A DNA stretch of 29,156 nt. Origin: a virus. The DNA is taken from positions 1 through 29,156 of the IMG/VR virus record IMGVR_UViG_3300045988_111919; one strand, given 5' to 3'. This document shows positions 10,501 to 20,559 of the stretch, one piece after another; position 1 is the first letter of the stretch, and the number at the start of each line of letters is the position of its first letter. The notes beneath the pieces are model-generated. The model searched no databases, had not been told where the DNA came from, and saw nothing but the letters and a program-made list of their open reading frames with translations. A program made the position numbers and the translations under genes.

Positions 10501-11043
10501 TCTACTTTAGGTAAATACATAGAAGTAAGTGACCCAGAAGTTACTGTAGGGTATGAAGCTGGAAGTAAAATTGTAACTATAGAATCTAATGTTCCTTGGA
10601 AAGTTAGTTGGTATAATAATTTGAAGATTACAAATATTTCACCAATAGAAGGATTACCTGGAATTAGTACTATGACTATTGAATATAATGAAAATCCTAA
10701 ATATATTGAAGATAACTTCTATTTAAGTTTAGTAGCTCAATCTGATATTTATGAAAGATTAGGACAAGTATATTTTTATCAAACTCCTGATCCATCTAAA
10801 TCAGTAAAGCTTTCTGGAAAAGTAACAGATGCAGATGGTAAAGTATTAGATGTACAACCTTATATCTATGTAGATAATGACAACTTTGTAGATAGTACAT
10901 ATTGTGATGCAACAACTGGAGAGTACTATTTATATGTTCAAAAAGGAGTTCCATTCCATTTTGAAGTACAATTATCAAGTGTTGTTAAATATGAGGAAGA
11001 ACTTACTTTAAATGCAGATACTATTAAAAATATTACTATTTAA
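7594..11043 (+). CDS. Very large tail/baseplate-type structural protein (1149 aa) with a C-terminal BACON-like domain and a CarboxypepD_reg-like domain
   Basis: Track ORFs 7594-8625, 8725-9537 and 9544-11043 share a frame and join through TGA 8623 and TGA 9535. C-terminal strings are VTVGYEAGSKIVTIESNVPWKVSWYNNLKITNISPIEGLPGISTMTIEYNENP and KLSGKVTDADGKVLD. Confidence 0.65.
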
Positions 11044-11045
11044 AT

Positions 11046-13361
11046 ATGGCTGAAGAAATTAAAAAGGTAATAGATATAGATACTACTAAAAGTACAAAGT
11101 CAATCAAGCAGCTACGAGAACAAGTAGCTGGCTTGACTGACGAACTTGAATCATTGGAAATTGGTAGTTCTGACTATTCCAAAAAACTTGAAGAGCTTGT
11201 AAGTGCACAAAACAAGCTTAATGTAGCTACTGAATCTATGCAAGGTAAGACTGTAAATGCAGTTAAAGCTTTTGATAGTATTAACCAAGTAGCTGGCGGT
11301 CTTGCAGGTGGAGTTTCGGCTGTAAGTGCTGCATTTACTTTATTTGGAAGAGATACAGAGAATCTCCAGAAAACTATGGTTAAGCTTCAAGCAGCTATTG
11401 CTATAGTTCAAGGAATTGGAGGATTAAAGGGTTTAGGTGAAGGTATTCTTAATGGAGTAAAATCATTTAAGGCTTTATCTGTTGCGATGGCTGGTGCTAC
11501 GACTACTACTGGAGGTTTATCTGTTGCGATGGGTGCGCTACGAACTGCTATTATATCAACAGGTATTGGAGCATTAGTAGTAGCATTAGGAATGTTAGTA
11601 GACTTTGCAATCAAAGCAGCATCTGGAATTGATGATTTAAAGATTAGTATTTCAGGGTTAAAAGACATAACAGACCAATGAGGAACTAGCTATGCACAAG
11701 CTAATACAGAAATTGCTTGATTAGAAATACAGAGAGAAAGAGATTTAGCTGAAGGTAAAAAGAATGAAATACAAATCTGAAAGGATTATGCTCAAGAATT
11801 AGGTAAATTAAATGCTAAAATATCCCAGGAATTTGGAAGTGTAACTAAAGCTTATAATGATTCATTTACAGATATACTTAAGAGTAATAAATACTTCAGA
11901 AAAGAGTTTAAGAAATCTGGATATGACACTTGGGAAGATTATTCTAAGTCGATTCAATGAGGATTAAAAACTAGTTCTAATGAAGTTGATTTCTTTTTAA
12001 GTAAGTTAAATGATGATCAAAGAGCTGCTTACGACGAAGCTTCTGGTATCTACAATGCATATATAGAGAAGAGAAATAGTTTAATGCAGAAAACTTCAGA
12101 AACTTATGAAAAGGTTAAATTGATGGAAATATCTGCAGAGCGTAAAGCCAGAGAAGAGGCTAAGGCTAACTATCTAAAGAATATTGAAGATGCAAAGAAA
12201 CGTAACGCTGATTTACTGAAGGTTATCAATGATTTCTATGAAGAGAATAGAAAACTGCTATTAGATGATGAAGCTAGAGAGTTAGATGAATTAAATACCA
12301 AATATCAAAATCAATTAGATGCTCTTAAAACAGCTAAAGATAAAGAGCTTATAACAGTTGAGGAATATAGAAAGAGATTAAAGCAAATAAATGATGCTTA
12401 TGATAAAGAGTATCTAGACAATCAGAACGAGCGGTATCGTAAAGAAATTAATAATAGAATTAATTCTTTAGAACAACTTAGAGAACGAGAGAATAGATTT
12501 TTTGATCAAAGGCAATCTGAGTTAGATACTAAATATAATAAGACATATACACATAATGCAGGTCTTGGAAACGAATACAAGACTGCGGGAGATATAAAGA
12601 GTGAAAAGAACGATAGAATAACACAATCTAATGAGCTACTTGAAATACAGTTAGGATTCTACGAAAGAGATAATAAAAGAATTGGAGAATTACAAACCAC
12701 TTTAAAAGAATCGTTTGATAATGGCTTAATAACTCAAGAAGAGTATAATAATGAGTATGCAAGATTAAATGCAGAAAGAGAAGCAAATGATACTGCTGCT
12801 GCAAATGCTATTGTAGCTAATGGAGAAAAAATAAAGGCTGCTAAAAAAGATGAAATTAAAGACATTGTAGCTGCTGTTCAAGGAAGTTTTGCTGCATTAG
12901 GAAGTTTAGGTGATGCTGTAGCTCAAAACTATAAATTTGAGGCAAATAATTCCAAGAAGTCATTAAAGGAGAGAGAAAAAGCTATGGAAAATTATAAGTC
13001 TATAGCTAAAATATCTACCGTATTTAATACCGCTTCTGCAGCAATGAATGCTTATAACTCTATGGCAGGAATTCCAGTAGTAGGTCCTGTATTAGGTGGT
13101 ATTGCTGCTGCTGCAGCTATTGCTATGGGATTACTTCAAATTAAAAATATTGAAAATGAAGAAATATCTGGTAGTGATGTATCATCTTCAGTATCCGCTC
13201 CATCTGCACTTACACAAGCTCCTGTAGAATATACTCGAAACTTACTTGGCAATAAAGAGACTGATGAATTGAATCAACCAGTTAAATGTTATGTAGTTGA
13301 GAGTGATATTACTACTGCTCAAACTAAAGTTGCAGTTACAGAATCAAATGCAAGTTTCTAA
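11046..13361 (+). CDS. Tape-measure-like or internal virion protein (771 aa)
   Basis: Track ORFs 11046-11681 and 12084-13361 share a frame and join through TGAs 11679, 11718, 11778 and 11958. It has long coiled-coil regions plus two Gly/Ala-rich hydrophobic segments (..GGLAGGVSAVSAAFTLFG.., ..GIPVVGPVLGGIAAAAAIAMGLL..). Confidence 0.55.
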
Positions 13362-13377
13362 AGTGAGTAAAATTTAT

Positions 13378-13432
13378 GACACACTACTATGTAAGTTGCT
13401 GATTATCAGTGCTTATATAGTAGTGCTATGTC
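13378..13432 (+). terminator. Long imperfect hairpin after the tape-measure-like gene (a terminator or structured RNA)
   Basis: CACTACTAT (13382-13390) pairs perfectly with ATAGTAGTG (13417-13425). GACA/TGTC pair outside this stem, and there is an inner imperfect stem around CTGAT/ATCAG. The downstream T tract is weak. Confidence 0.45.
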
Positions 13433-13445
13433 AAAATTTATTTAT

Positions 13446-13479
13446 CTTAGATACAAATTTGAGTAAAAAACTTGACATT
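13446..13479 (+). repeat. Conserved intergenic element copy A (CTTAG..TTTGAGTAAAAAACTTGACATT), containing a TTGACA -35-like hexamer
   Basis: The 19-mer GAGTAAAAAACTTGACATT (13461-13479) is identical to 22078-22096. TTGACA (13472-13477) is followed at 16-18 nt by TATATA/TATAAA. Confidence 0.6.
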
Positions 13480-13556
13480 TGATAGTATATAAATATATAA
13501 AAATAAAAGATTGTAACAATATTACATTTTTAAAATAGCTTATATATTAATAAAAA

Positions 13557-14150
13557 ATGGAAAAAATGTATAATGATCTTCCATTATATCAAGCAATTAT
13601 TGCCGATGATTGTGATGGAATAGAGTTCGTAGCATTGACCAGTAAACCTGCAACCCAAGTTAATTGGCTTGCTTTTGGGGAATCTCAGAAGTTCTCGATG
13701 GATGAAGAAAAACATATAGTTACTTCTTGTTTAATGGTATGTGATATACCTATATTTAGACGGGATAGTAAAAACGGAGAATATTATATTCAATATGATA
13801 AAGAAACTCTCCGTTTAATGGCTGAAAAAATGATGTATGATAAGAGAACTACTGATGTAAATATTGAACATTTGGAAGATTCAGTAATTCCTGGAATAAT
13901 TCTTCAAGAACTATATATTAAAGATATAGATAGAGGAATTAATCCAGTTGAATTTGCTGATTGTCCAGATGGTTCATTATTTGCTACTTATAAAGTAAAT
14001 AATCCTGTTATATGGGATGCAATTAAAGCTGGCAAGTTTAAAGGGTTCTCTATTGAGGGATTGTTTACTTTAGAAAGACAATCTGATGAATATGAGGAAC
14101 TTAAAGAGATTCAAAAAATGTTGAGAAAAATAAAAAGAGTTAAACATTAA
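13557..14150 (+). CDS. XkdF-like putative prohead serine protease (197 aa)
   Basis: Lies upstream of scaffold and capsid. The pattern ..LMAEKMMYDKRTTDVNIEHLEDSV.. and the overall layout resemble Peptidase_S78_2/XkdF. No TGA; both Trp codons are TGG. Confidence 0.55.
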   Translation: MEKMYNDLPLYQAIIADDCDGIEFVALTSKPATQVNWLAFGESQKFSMDEEKHIVTSCLMVCDIPIFRRDSKNGEYYIQYDKETLRLMAEKMMYDKRTTDVNIEHLEDSVIPGIILQELYIKDIDRGINPVEFADCPDGSLFATYKVNNPVIWDAIKAGKFKGFSIEGLFTLERQSDEYEELKEIQKMLRKIKRVKH

Positions 14151-14156
14151 TTAATT

Positions 14157-14756
14157 ATGAGTAAATTCACAAAAATTAAACTTGAGTTAGCTAAGATGCT
14201 TGCAAAGTTCAGTGATGTTAAAACTGACAAGGCTGTGCTTACTTGGGATTCAGATGAGGATCTGAGAGAAGGTATGGATGTTTATGTAGCTGATGAAAAT
14301 GGCGAATATGCACCTGCTGCTGATGGTGAGTATGTTACCGAAGATGGCAAAACGATTGTTGTTAAAGACGGTAAAGTAGAGTCCATTACTGATCCTAAAG
14401 CTGAGGTTGATCCTGAAGAGGGTATGAGAACTGTTGAGGTTGATGCTGCTTGTGGAACTAAGAAAGTAAAAGCTGAGGAAGTTACTGATCCTGCTGTTGA
14501 AACAGACGGTGTTAAAGAAACTGATGCAATCGACGCTATTCATCGCGAAATTAATGAGCTTTACGATATTGTAGATAAGCTTGTTAAGAAAGTAGCAGAA
14601 CTTGAAGGAAAATCAGAAGCTACTGAAAAGACTGTAGAAAAAATGAGTAAGATGAGTGCTGCTTTTTCAGCAGAGGAAACACTTGAAAATAAAACAACTG
14701 CTCCTATAAGTGGGATAGCAGAAATAGATAGAAAGCTTAAAAACTTTATTGGTTAA
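14157..14756 (+). CDS. Scaffolding protein (199 aa)
   Basis: Acidic, Ala/Glu/Lys-rich protein with a helical C-terminus, positioned between the protease and the major capsid gene. Confidence 0.5.
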   Translation: MSKFTKIKLELAKMLAKFSDVKTDKAVLTWDSDEDLREGMDVYVADENGEYAPAADGEYVTEDGKTIVVKDGKVESITDPKAEVDPEEGMRTVEVDAACGTKKVKAEEVTDPAVETDGVKETDAIDAIHREINELYDIVDKLVKKVAELEGKSEATEKTVEKMSKMSAAFSAEETLENKTTAPISGIAEIDRKLKNFIG

Positions 14757-14777
14757 TTTATAAAATTTTAAATAATT

Positions 14778-15683
14778 ATGGCAAATAGTCCTGTAATGAC
14801 AACTCTTCCTGCTTATGTGGAGCAAAGACGTCTCCCTCTTATTAAGGAAGCGGTTTTAAAAGCTAAGAGTGCAAGTTTATTTAATCTTCAGACAGATATT
14901 AAAACTGATGCTGCTCTTAACCTGTTATCTACCGATGTTCAGTTCGGTGATGGTCTTACTTGTGGTTGGGATGAGTCTGGAACTCAGACTCTTTCTCAGA
15001 GAATTCTTAAGACTGGTAATATTAAGATTAATATGGCATATTGCGATAAGGCTATGCTGAAATACTGGACTCAGTATGCAGTTAAGGTAGCCGCTGGTCA
15101 GAAGACTCTTCCTTTTGAAGAGGATTTCGTAAATGCTGTTGTAGAGAACGTAAAAGAGGCTATTGAGGTAGCTATCTGGCAGGGTGATACGGCTTCAGAA
15201 ACTAATAACTTGAAGTATTTTGATGGTCTGCTTAAGATTCTTGCTGATGATGCTGGTACTGTAGATGTAACAATTGCTGGAACATCTGCCTATACTGACA
15301 TTATGGCAGTTTATAATGCAATTCCTGAGAAGGTTCTTGATGGTGCTTCGATTCTTGTTGGTGCCGATATGTTCCGTAAGTTCGTAAATGAACTTGTTGA
15401 GAAGAACTATTTCCACTATAGCGGAGAGAGCCTTGATGGTGAGATTTATCTTCCTGGTTCACAGGTTAAGGTTATTGCTGTTAATGGTCTTAATGGAACT
15501 GATAAGATTGTTGCTGGTCAGTTAGACAAGAATTTCTTCTATGGTGTAGATATGATGAACGATGAAGAGAAATTCGAATTGTGGTATTCACAGGATTTCC
15601 GCGAGTTCAGATTAGCTATTGAATTTAACGCTGGTGTACAAGTTGCTTTCCCTGACGAAGTAGTATTAGGCGCCAAGGCTTAA
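14778..15683 (+). CDS. Major capsid protein (301 aa)
   Basis: Position after protease and scaffold, appropriate size, strongly biased GC-richer codon usage, and an N-terminal pattern typical of HK97-fold/E-like capsid proteins (..LPAYVEQRRLPLIKEAV..CGWDESG..LPFEEDF..AIWQGD..). Four Trp, all TGG. Confidence 0.75.
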   Translation: MANSPVMTTLPAYVEQRRLPLIKEAVLKAKSASLFNLQTDIKTDAALNLLSTDVQFGDGLTCGWDESGTQTLSQRILKTGNIKINMAYCDKAMLKYWTQYAVKVAAGQKTLPFEEDFVNAVVENVKEAIEVAIWQGDTASETNNLKYFDGLLKILADDAGTVDVTIAGTSAYTDIMAVYNAIPEKVLDGASILVGADMFRKFVNELVEKNYFHYSGESLDGEIYLPGSQVKVIAVNGLNGTDKIVAGQLDKNFFYGVDMMNDEEKFELWYSQDFREFRLAIEFNAGVQVAFPDEVVLGAKA

Positions 15684-15723
15684 TTTCAATAGATTTTATT
15701 AACTTATAAATGATATTGAAATT

Positions 15724-16248
15724 ATGGCTTGTTTAATAACTATCGCAGGAATCACACTTGATTGCCAACCTTCATTGGGTGGAATCAAACAGGTATGGAT
15801 TACCCAGTATGCAGATGTTAAGAGTGTAACGGTTGATCCTGAGAGCAATATGATTTCAGCTATTACTCTTGAGTCTTCAGCTAAATGGTATAACTACCAA
15901 TTTAGAAAGGCTACTGGTTCTCTAACCTCAACTTTAAATGTAGATGAAAGTGCTGGTGTTAATTATGTAAGTAATGAGCTTGCTCTTGTATTTACAAAGA
16001 TGGAAACCGCAAAACGAGTAGAGATTGCAGCTTTATCAATTGGTCAGCTTGCAGTTGTTGTTGAAGATAGCAATGGTAAGTATTGGTTCTTAGGTAAAGA
16101 TGATTATGTAAGCGCTTCCGCTGGTACGGGTGTTACTGGTACTGCTAAAGGTGATCAGAATGCTTATACTCTGACACTTTCAACAGATTCAGATTCTTAT
16201 CCTTATGAGTTATCTGCAGAAGCTATCCAAAGCGTTGTAGGTGCTTAA
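15724..16248 (+). CDS. Putative major tail (tube) protein, or alternatively a head decoration protein (174 aa)
   Basis: Highly expressed-type codon usage, located directly after the capsid gene. The pattern GGIKQVWITQY...LAVVVEDSNGKYWFLGKDD...TGTAKGDQNAYTLTL resembles phage tube proteins. A strong terminator follows. Confidence 0.4.
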   Translation: MACLITIAGITLDCQPSLGGIKQVWITQYADVKSVTVDPESNMISAITLESSAKWYNYQFRKATGSLTSTLNVDESAGVNYVSNELALVFTKMETAKRVEIAALSIGQLAVVVEDSNGKYWFLGKDDYVSASAGTGVTGTAKGDQNAYTLTLSTDSDSYPYELSAEAIQSVVGA

Positions 16249-16259
16249 TAACAGAAAGA

Positions 16260-16295
16260 GGGGCGAGTATTAATTTACTTGCCCCTTATTTTGTT
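16260..16295 (+). terminator. Rho-independent terminator
   Basis: 10-bp stem GGGGCGAGTA/TACTTGCCCC (one G-U pair), loop TTAATT, then TTATTTTGTT. Confidence 0.85.
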
Positions 16296-16318
16296 TATAT
16301 ACCACATAATGAATAATT

Positions 16319-16329
16319 TATATTTTATA
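16319..16329 (+). promoter_or_regulatory. TATATTTTATA box (promoter-like)
   Basis: Identical 11-mer to 4891-4901. It lies about 24 nt after the terminator T tract and 21 nt before ATG 16340. Confidence 0.3.
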
Positions 16330-16339
16330 GAAAAATAAT

Positions 16340-18535
16340 ATGGCAAACGAAACTGAAAAGACAATTCTTCCCTATCTTAATGTCCTTGAAGTCGAAACAA
16401 TAGATAAGTCAAATGTGACTAAGGTTATTGTTATTGACAAGGATGATGAAGTTAAGGTTATGGATGGTTCTCAGTTAGGATCAAGTAACTATCAAGATCT
16501 TCAATTTAAGCCTGAAATCAATGGGGTTGAATTAAATGGAAATATTCCTTCTAAAGAATTAGGAATTCCTTCTATTGAAGATGTTGATAATCAGATTACT
16601 GAGAAACTAGCTGACTATCCAACTAAAGAAGAGGTAACTACAAAGATTACTGAAGCCACTGCTGGAAAGCAAAATACACTCGTTCAAGGTGACGGTATAG
16701 TAATTGAAGAGAATACTATTTCTGCAGATTATAATACTATTCGTAACAAACCATCTTTAAATGGAACTGAATTATCTGGAGCAGCTTCAATCGTACCTGC
16801 CATTAATATTCAATCAGTCCCATCTAAAGTTACTTTAGCTCCTGTATTTGGTAATCAAACTGGAGAAGCAGTTGAACTTCCAATATATAATACAGAGACT
16901 AACCAAGCTGGTATTGTTAATGGCCCTCTATACGCACAATTAGCAGATAAATATACCAAAGCTGAAATTGATGCTTTAAATACAGCTATTAATAAAGAGA
17001 TAGCTTCAAAACAGGGAACGCTTACAGCAGGAAAGAATATATCTATTATAGATAATGTAATCTCTGCTTTTGAGAATCATTTCTTACTTAATTTAGATGA
17101 GAATGATCCTGTAAGACAGAAACATATCTATGACTTTATTAGAACTAATCTGGACTTCTATTTATTCTGCCAGATTACATATAAAGGTGATATTATAGTT
17201 ATTCCTGTTGCAACTATTGAACATCCTGAAACTATTGATTTATATGGCTATTATTTCCAAGATAATGGTGTATTAGTAGTTATTAATGCAATCTTAGTAA
17301 ATAATGGTAATATGACTGTTAAAGTTACTGAGATTGATCTTATTAATAAAGGATATACTAAAGAAGAAGTAGATGCCAAACTTGAGGAAAAACAAGGAGT
17401 ATTTGCTCCTCAAGCTCCATTAGCTTTTAATGAAGATAAGACTCAATTATCTGTAGATTTATCTACTTATGCAACTAATGATAAGGTTAATACATTAGAA
17501 ACTTCTTTAGAAGGAAAAATAGATCTAAAACAAGATAAAGGAGATTATGCTTTAAAGAGTGATATTCCAACTAAAGTTAGTGAGCTTACTAATGATTCTA
17601 ACTTTGTAACTGAAGCAGAGGTTTCTGGAGATTTAGCAGGTAAAGCAGATAAGACTTATGTTGATGAGCAGCTTGCTACTAAACAGCCTGTAGGAGATTA
17701 TGCAACAAAAACAGAACTTGCTGGTAAAGCTGATTCTTCTGTAGTAGAATCTTTATCTACTCAAGTAGCAACTAATACTTCAGACATATCAATTATTAAA
17801 ACAAAGCAAGAAGAAGATGGAAACAAGATTGATGCTCTTGATAAAGAGATGGCTACTAAGCAAGACTTACTTGTAAGTGGAACTAATATCAAAACAATCA
17901 ATAGTCAGTCTTTACTTGGAGAAGGCAATATAGAAATTGAAAGTGGCTATAATATTCCATTTCTATTTATAAATTCCACTGCTCATCTTTCTGGAGATTT
18001 TGCTGCGGTTAAGAATGCTATAGCTAATAAAACACCATTTGAGCTTTATTATGTAAATATTCTAGGTTATGGTGATATAGCAGCTCCAGAAGTATGTTTT
18101 GTTTCAGGAGAAAATATTCAAGCTACTTTCCATTTTGAAAGTACTACAGCTAATCATACTGTAGTTCAAACTACTATTACTCCAACTGGAGTATCAGCAG
18201 ATACTAGTTATCATAGTTATCAGGAGCAATTAGTCTCTGGGACTAATATAAAGACTATTAATGGTGAAAGTATTTTAGGAGAAGGTAATCTTGAAATATC
18301 TGGTAGTGGAGGGACTACCGATTATACTCAGTTAACAAATAAACCTCAGATTAATTCTGTTGAGTTATCTGGCAATAAGAGTTTATCAGATTTAGGTATT
18401 CAGCCTGCTGGAAACTATATTGAAGCTGGAACTGGAACCCAACCTCAAATAAATACTATTACTGTTCTTACTCAATCAGAGTATGATGATTTAGCAGATA
18501 AAGATCCTAATACACAATATTTAATTGTAGAATAA
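16340..18535 (+). CDS. Tail fibre protein (731 aa)
   Basis: Repeated fibre motifs: LVSGTNIKTINSQSLLGEGNIEI and LVSGTNIKTINGESILGEGNLEI, plus several xYATKxE / LSVDLSTYAT collar-like repeats. No Trp codons at all. Confidence 0.75.
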   Translation: MANETEKTILPYLNVLEVETIDKSNVTKVIVIDKDDEVKVMDGSQLGSSNYQDLQFKPEINGVELNGNIPSKELGIPSIEDVDNQITEKLADYPTKEEVTTKITEATAGKQNTLVQGDGIVIEENTISADYNTIRNKPSLNGTELSGAASIVPAINIQSVPSKVTLAPVFGNQTGEAVELPIYNTETNQAGIVNGPLYAQLADKYTKAEIDALNTAINKEIASKQGTLTAGKNISIIDNVISAFENHFLLNLDENDPVRQKHIYDFIRTNLDFYLFCQITYKGDIIVIPVATIEHPETIDLYGYYFQDNGVLVVINAILVNNGNMTVKVTEIDLINKGYTKEEVDAKLEEKQGVFAPQAPLAFNEDKTQLSVDLSTYATNDKVNTLETSLEGKIDLKQDKGDYALKSDIPTKVSELTNDSNFVTEAEVSGDLAGKADKTYVDEQLATKQPVGDYATKTELAGKADSSVVESLSTQVATNTSDISIIKTKQEEDGNKIDALDKEMATKQDLLVSGTNIKTINSQSLLGEGNIEIESGYNIPFLFINSTAHLSGDFAAVKNAIANKTPFELYYVNILGYGDIAAPEVCFVSGENIQATFHFESTTANHTVVQTTITPTGVSADTSYHSYQEQLVSGTNIKTINGESILGEGNLEISGSGGTTDYTQLTNKPQINSVELSGNKSLSDLGIQPAGNYIEAGTGTQPQINTITVLTQSEYDDLADKDPNTQYLIVE

Positions 18536-18536
18536 T

Positions 18537-19658
18537 ATGAATATTAGAGATGATTTAAAGACATTTTATGTAGGTGACAGACAAGGTACTGCTATTTATA
18601 TTGGCAGTACCAAAGTCTGGCCTATCAATCCTTGTAATCCACAAATAGTTACAGTTGCTAATCCAGTTCCTCAAGGCACTACAATAGTTGATCCTTGTAG
18701 TTATGTATTTAGCAGTTATGATGGAACTATAAATGGTATACAAAGGGATTGAATGGGTAGAGGATCTGGCCTTACTTCTACAGTAATTAGTTTTACTGCT
18801 GATTTAAGTGAATTAGCCCTTAATATAGATGGTGTACCTCTTTGTATTATTTTAGGTTCTGCTCAAACATATGCAGATGTAAAGTTAAATAGTGGAGATT
18901 TAAGTAGAAAAGGAGGGTTTTTTGAAACATCTCATTTTGATCTAAATAACCAGGAGATTACTAATCTTAATGAAGCATATGGAATATGGTCTAGTGAATC
19001 TCAATTTTGGGGTCAAACAATACATAGTGCTACTTTATCTAATGTTAAAATACCTACAACTACTAAAGAAGTAAGTGCAAATTATTTATTTATAGGAGTA
19101 AAAATAGATAATAATGATTTCTCTGTAATGAATAATTTTCAAAATCTTGTATTAGTAGATCCAAAATGGGCATTTGCAGAAACAGATGATGGAGCTACTA
19201 ATATAGATAATATAACGATTAATATTCCATTTAAAGGAGATTGTAATCATATGTTTCATAGAGCATTATATCTAACAACTATTCCAAGTAATTTTACCTT
19301 TACTGGAATTACAGATATAAGCTATATGTTTAGTACTTGTAGAAGATTAACAGCTACACCAGAAATAGATTGCCATCTTGTTACAGATTGTACTAGTTTT
19401 GCTGCAAATTGTCCAGAATTAGTAACTGTAGGAGCTTTAAATGGATTAGGAGAGAGTTTAACTAAAGGAGGAATTCTTTATTTTGCACAATCTCCAAATT
19501 TATCTACAGATTCATTACAAAATATAGCAGAATCTATTGGCACAGCAGTAGCCTCTTATACAAGTATATCATTCAAATCTACTGCATATGATAAATTAAC
19601 AAGTGAACAGAAATCATTAATAGCTTCAAAGAATTGAAGTATAAATCGAATTGCATAA
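18537..19658 (+). CDS. Receptor-binding-type protein 1 with a BspA/DUF285-like leucine-rich repeat domain (373 aa)
   Basis: Track ORFs 18537-18752 and 18753-19637 join through TGA 18750, and the frame continues through TGA 19635 to TAA 19656-19658. Contains MFHRALYLTTIPSNFTFTGITDISYMFSTCRRLTATP. The C-terminus LTSEQKSLIASKNWSINRIA is shared with the gene at 21075. Confidence 0.6.
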
Positions 19659-19660
19659 TT

Positions 19661-19897
19661 ATGAAAATTGAAATTAAAGAAAAATACAAAGTAGTTAGTC
19701 CAGAAGAAGGTTATGTACTTACTAACTATAAAGAAGGAATGGATATTAAATTATACAGTTCATTTACTGAATGTATCTGTCCTTTAAGTTGCGATTTAGA
19801 GCATCTATCAGAAGTCTCTTTAGATAAGGATGCTGAATATAAAGAATTAGCTATTAAAGCTTCTAAAGAGTATGAGGAATCAATAAAAGTTAGATAA
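19661..19897 (+). CDS. Hypothetical small protein (78 aa)
   Basis: ATG at 19661, within track ORF 19634-19897 and directly after the upstream stop. No homology recognised. Confidence 0.45.
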   Translation: MKIEIKEKYKVVSPEEGYVLTNYKEGMDIKLYSSFTECICPLSCDLEHLSEVSLDKDAEYKELAIKASKEYEESIKVR

Positions 19898-19899
19898 TT

Positions 19900-20559
19900 A
19901 TGATTATACTTAAGAATACTAAAAATACACAAACTTTTTATGTAAGTAAGAAATGTGGTATTGAATCTGGACAACTTCCTGTTGGTTCTTATACTAAGAT
20001 TGAAGCAGATGAAAGATTCCAACCTAAAGGTAATTACATTTCTGAAGAGAAAGCAGAAGAGTTAATTAATACTAAAGTAACAGAAAGTATTGAAGAGCAA
20101 GTTCCCCCTTTAGTAGATCAATCTATAGATGCTAAACTTGTTCCAATTAATACTGAGATTACTAATCTTAAAGGGGAAGTTGAGGAGTTAGAAACTTCTA
20201 AGATGGAAGTATTCCAAGCTAATCAACCTCTATCTTTACATAGAAATGGAGAAGGTTTGCAACTATCTGTAGATTTAAGTAATTATGCAACTAAAGCAGA
20301 AATTCCTGATACTAGTGATTTTGCTACTAAAGAAGAGCTTACAGCTGTAGAGAATAAGATTCCTGATGTATCTGGATTAGCTACTAAAGATGAAGTTGCA
20401 CTTAAAGCAGATAAAAGTGAATTATCAAACTATGTAACTACAGATGCATATAATACAAAGATGACAGAGTTAGATGGAGAAATCTCAGCAATTCAAGCTC
20501 AGATTGGTAATATTTCAACTACTCTTGATACAATTAATGGTGAAATTCCAAATGAATAG
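19900..20559 (+). CDS. Short tail fibre / fibre-connector protein (219 aa)
   Basis: [61 protein letters not shown] repeats, as in the 16340 fibre, followed by a coiled coil at the C-terminus. Confidence 0.6.
   Translation: MIILKNTKNTQTFYVSKKCGIESGQLPVGSYTKIEADERFQPKGNYISEEKAEELINTKVTESIEEQVPPLVDQSIDAKLVPINTEITNLKGEVEELETSKMEVFQANQPLSLHRNGEGLQLSVDLSNYATKAEIPDTSDFATKEELTAVENKIPDVSGLATKDEVALKADKSELSNYVTTDAYNTKMTELDGEISAIQAQIGNISTTLDTINGEIPNE

Noticed and set aside
13297-13482. Plus-strand track ORFs 13297-13482 and 14869-15060
   Set aside because: The first is an out-of-frame read across the tape-measure stop, the hairpin and the intergenic motif. The second is an alternative frame inside the major capsid gene. 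Neither shows coding-like composition.
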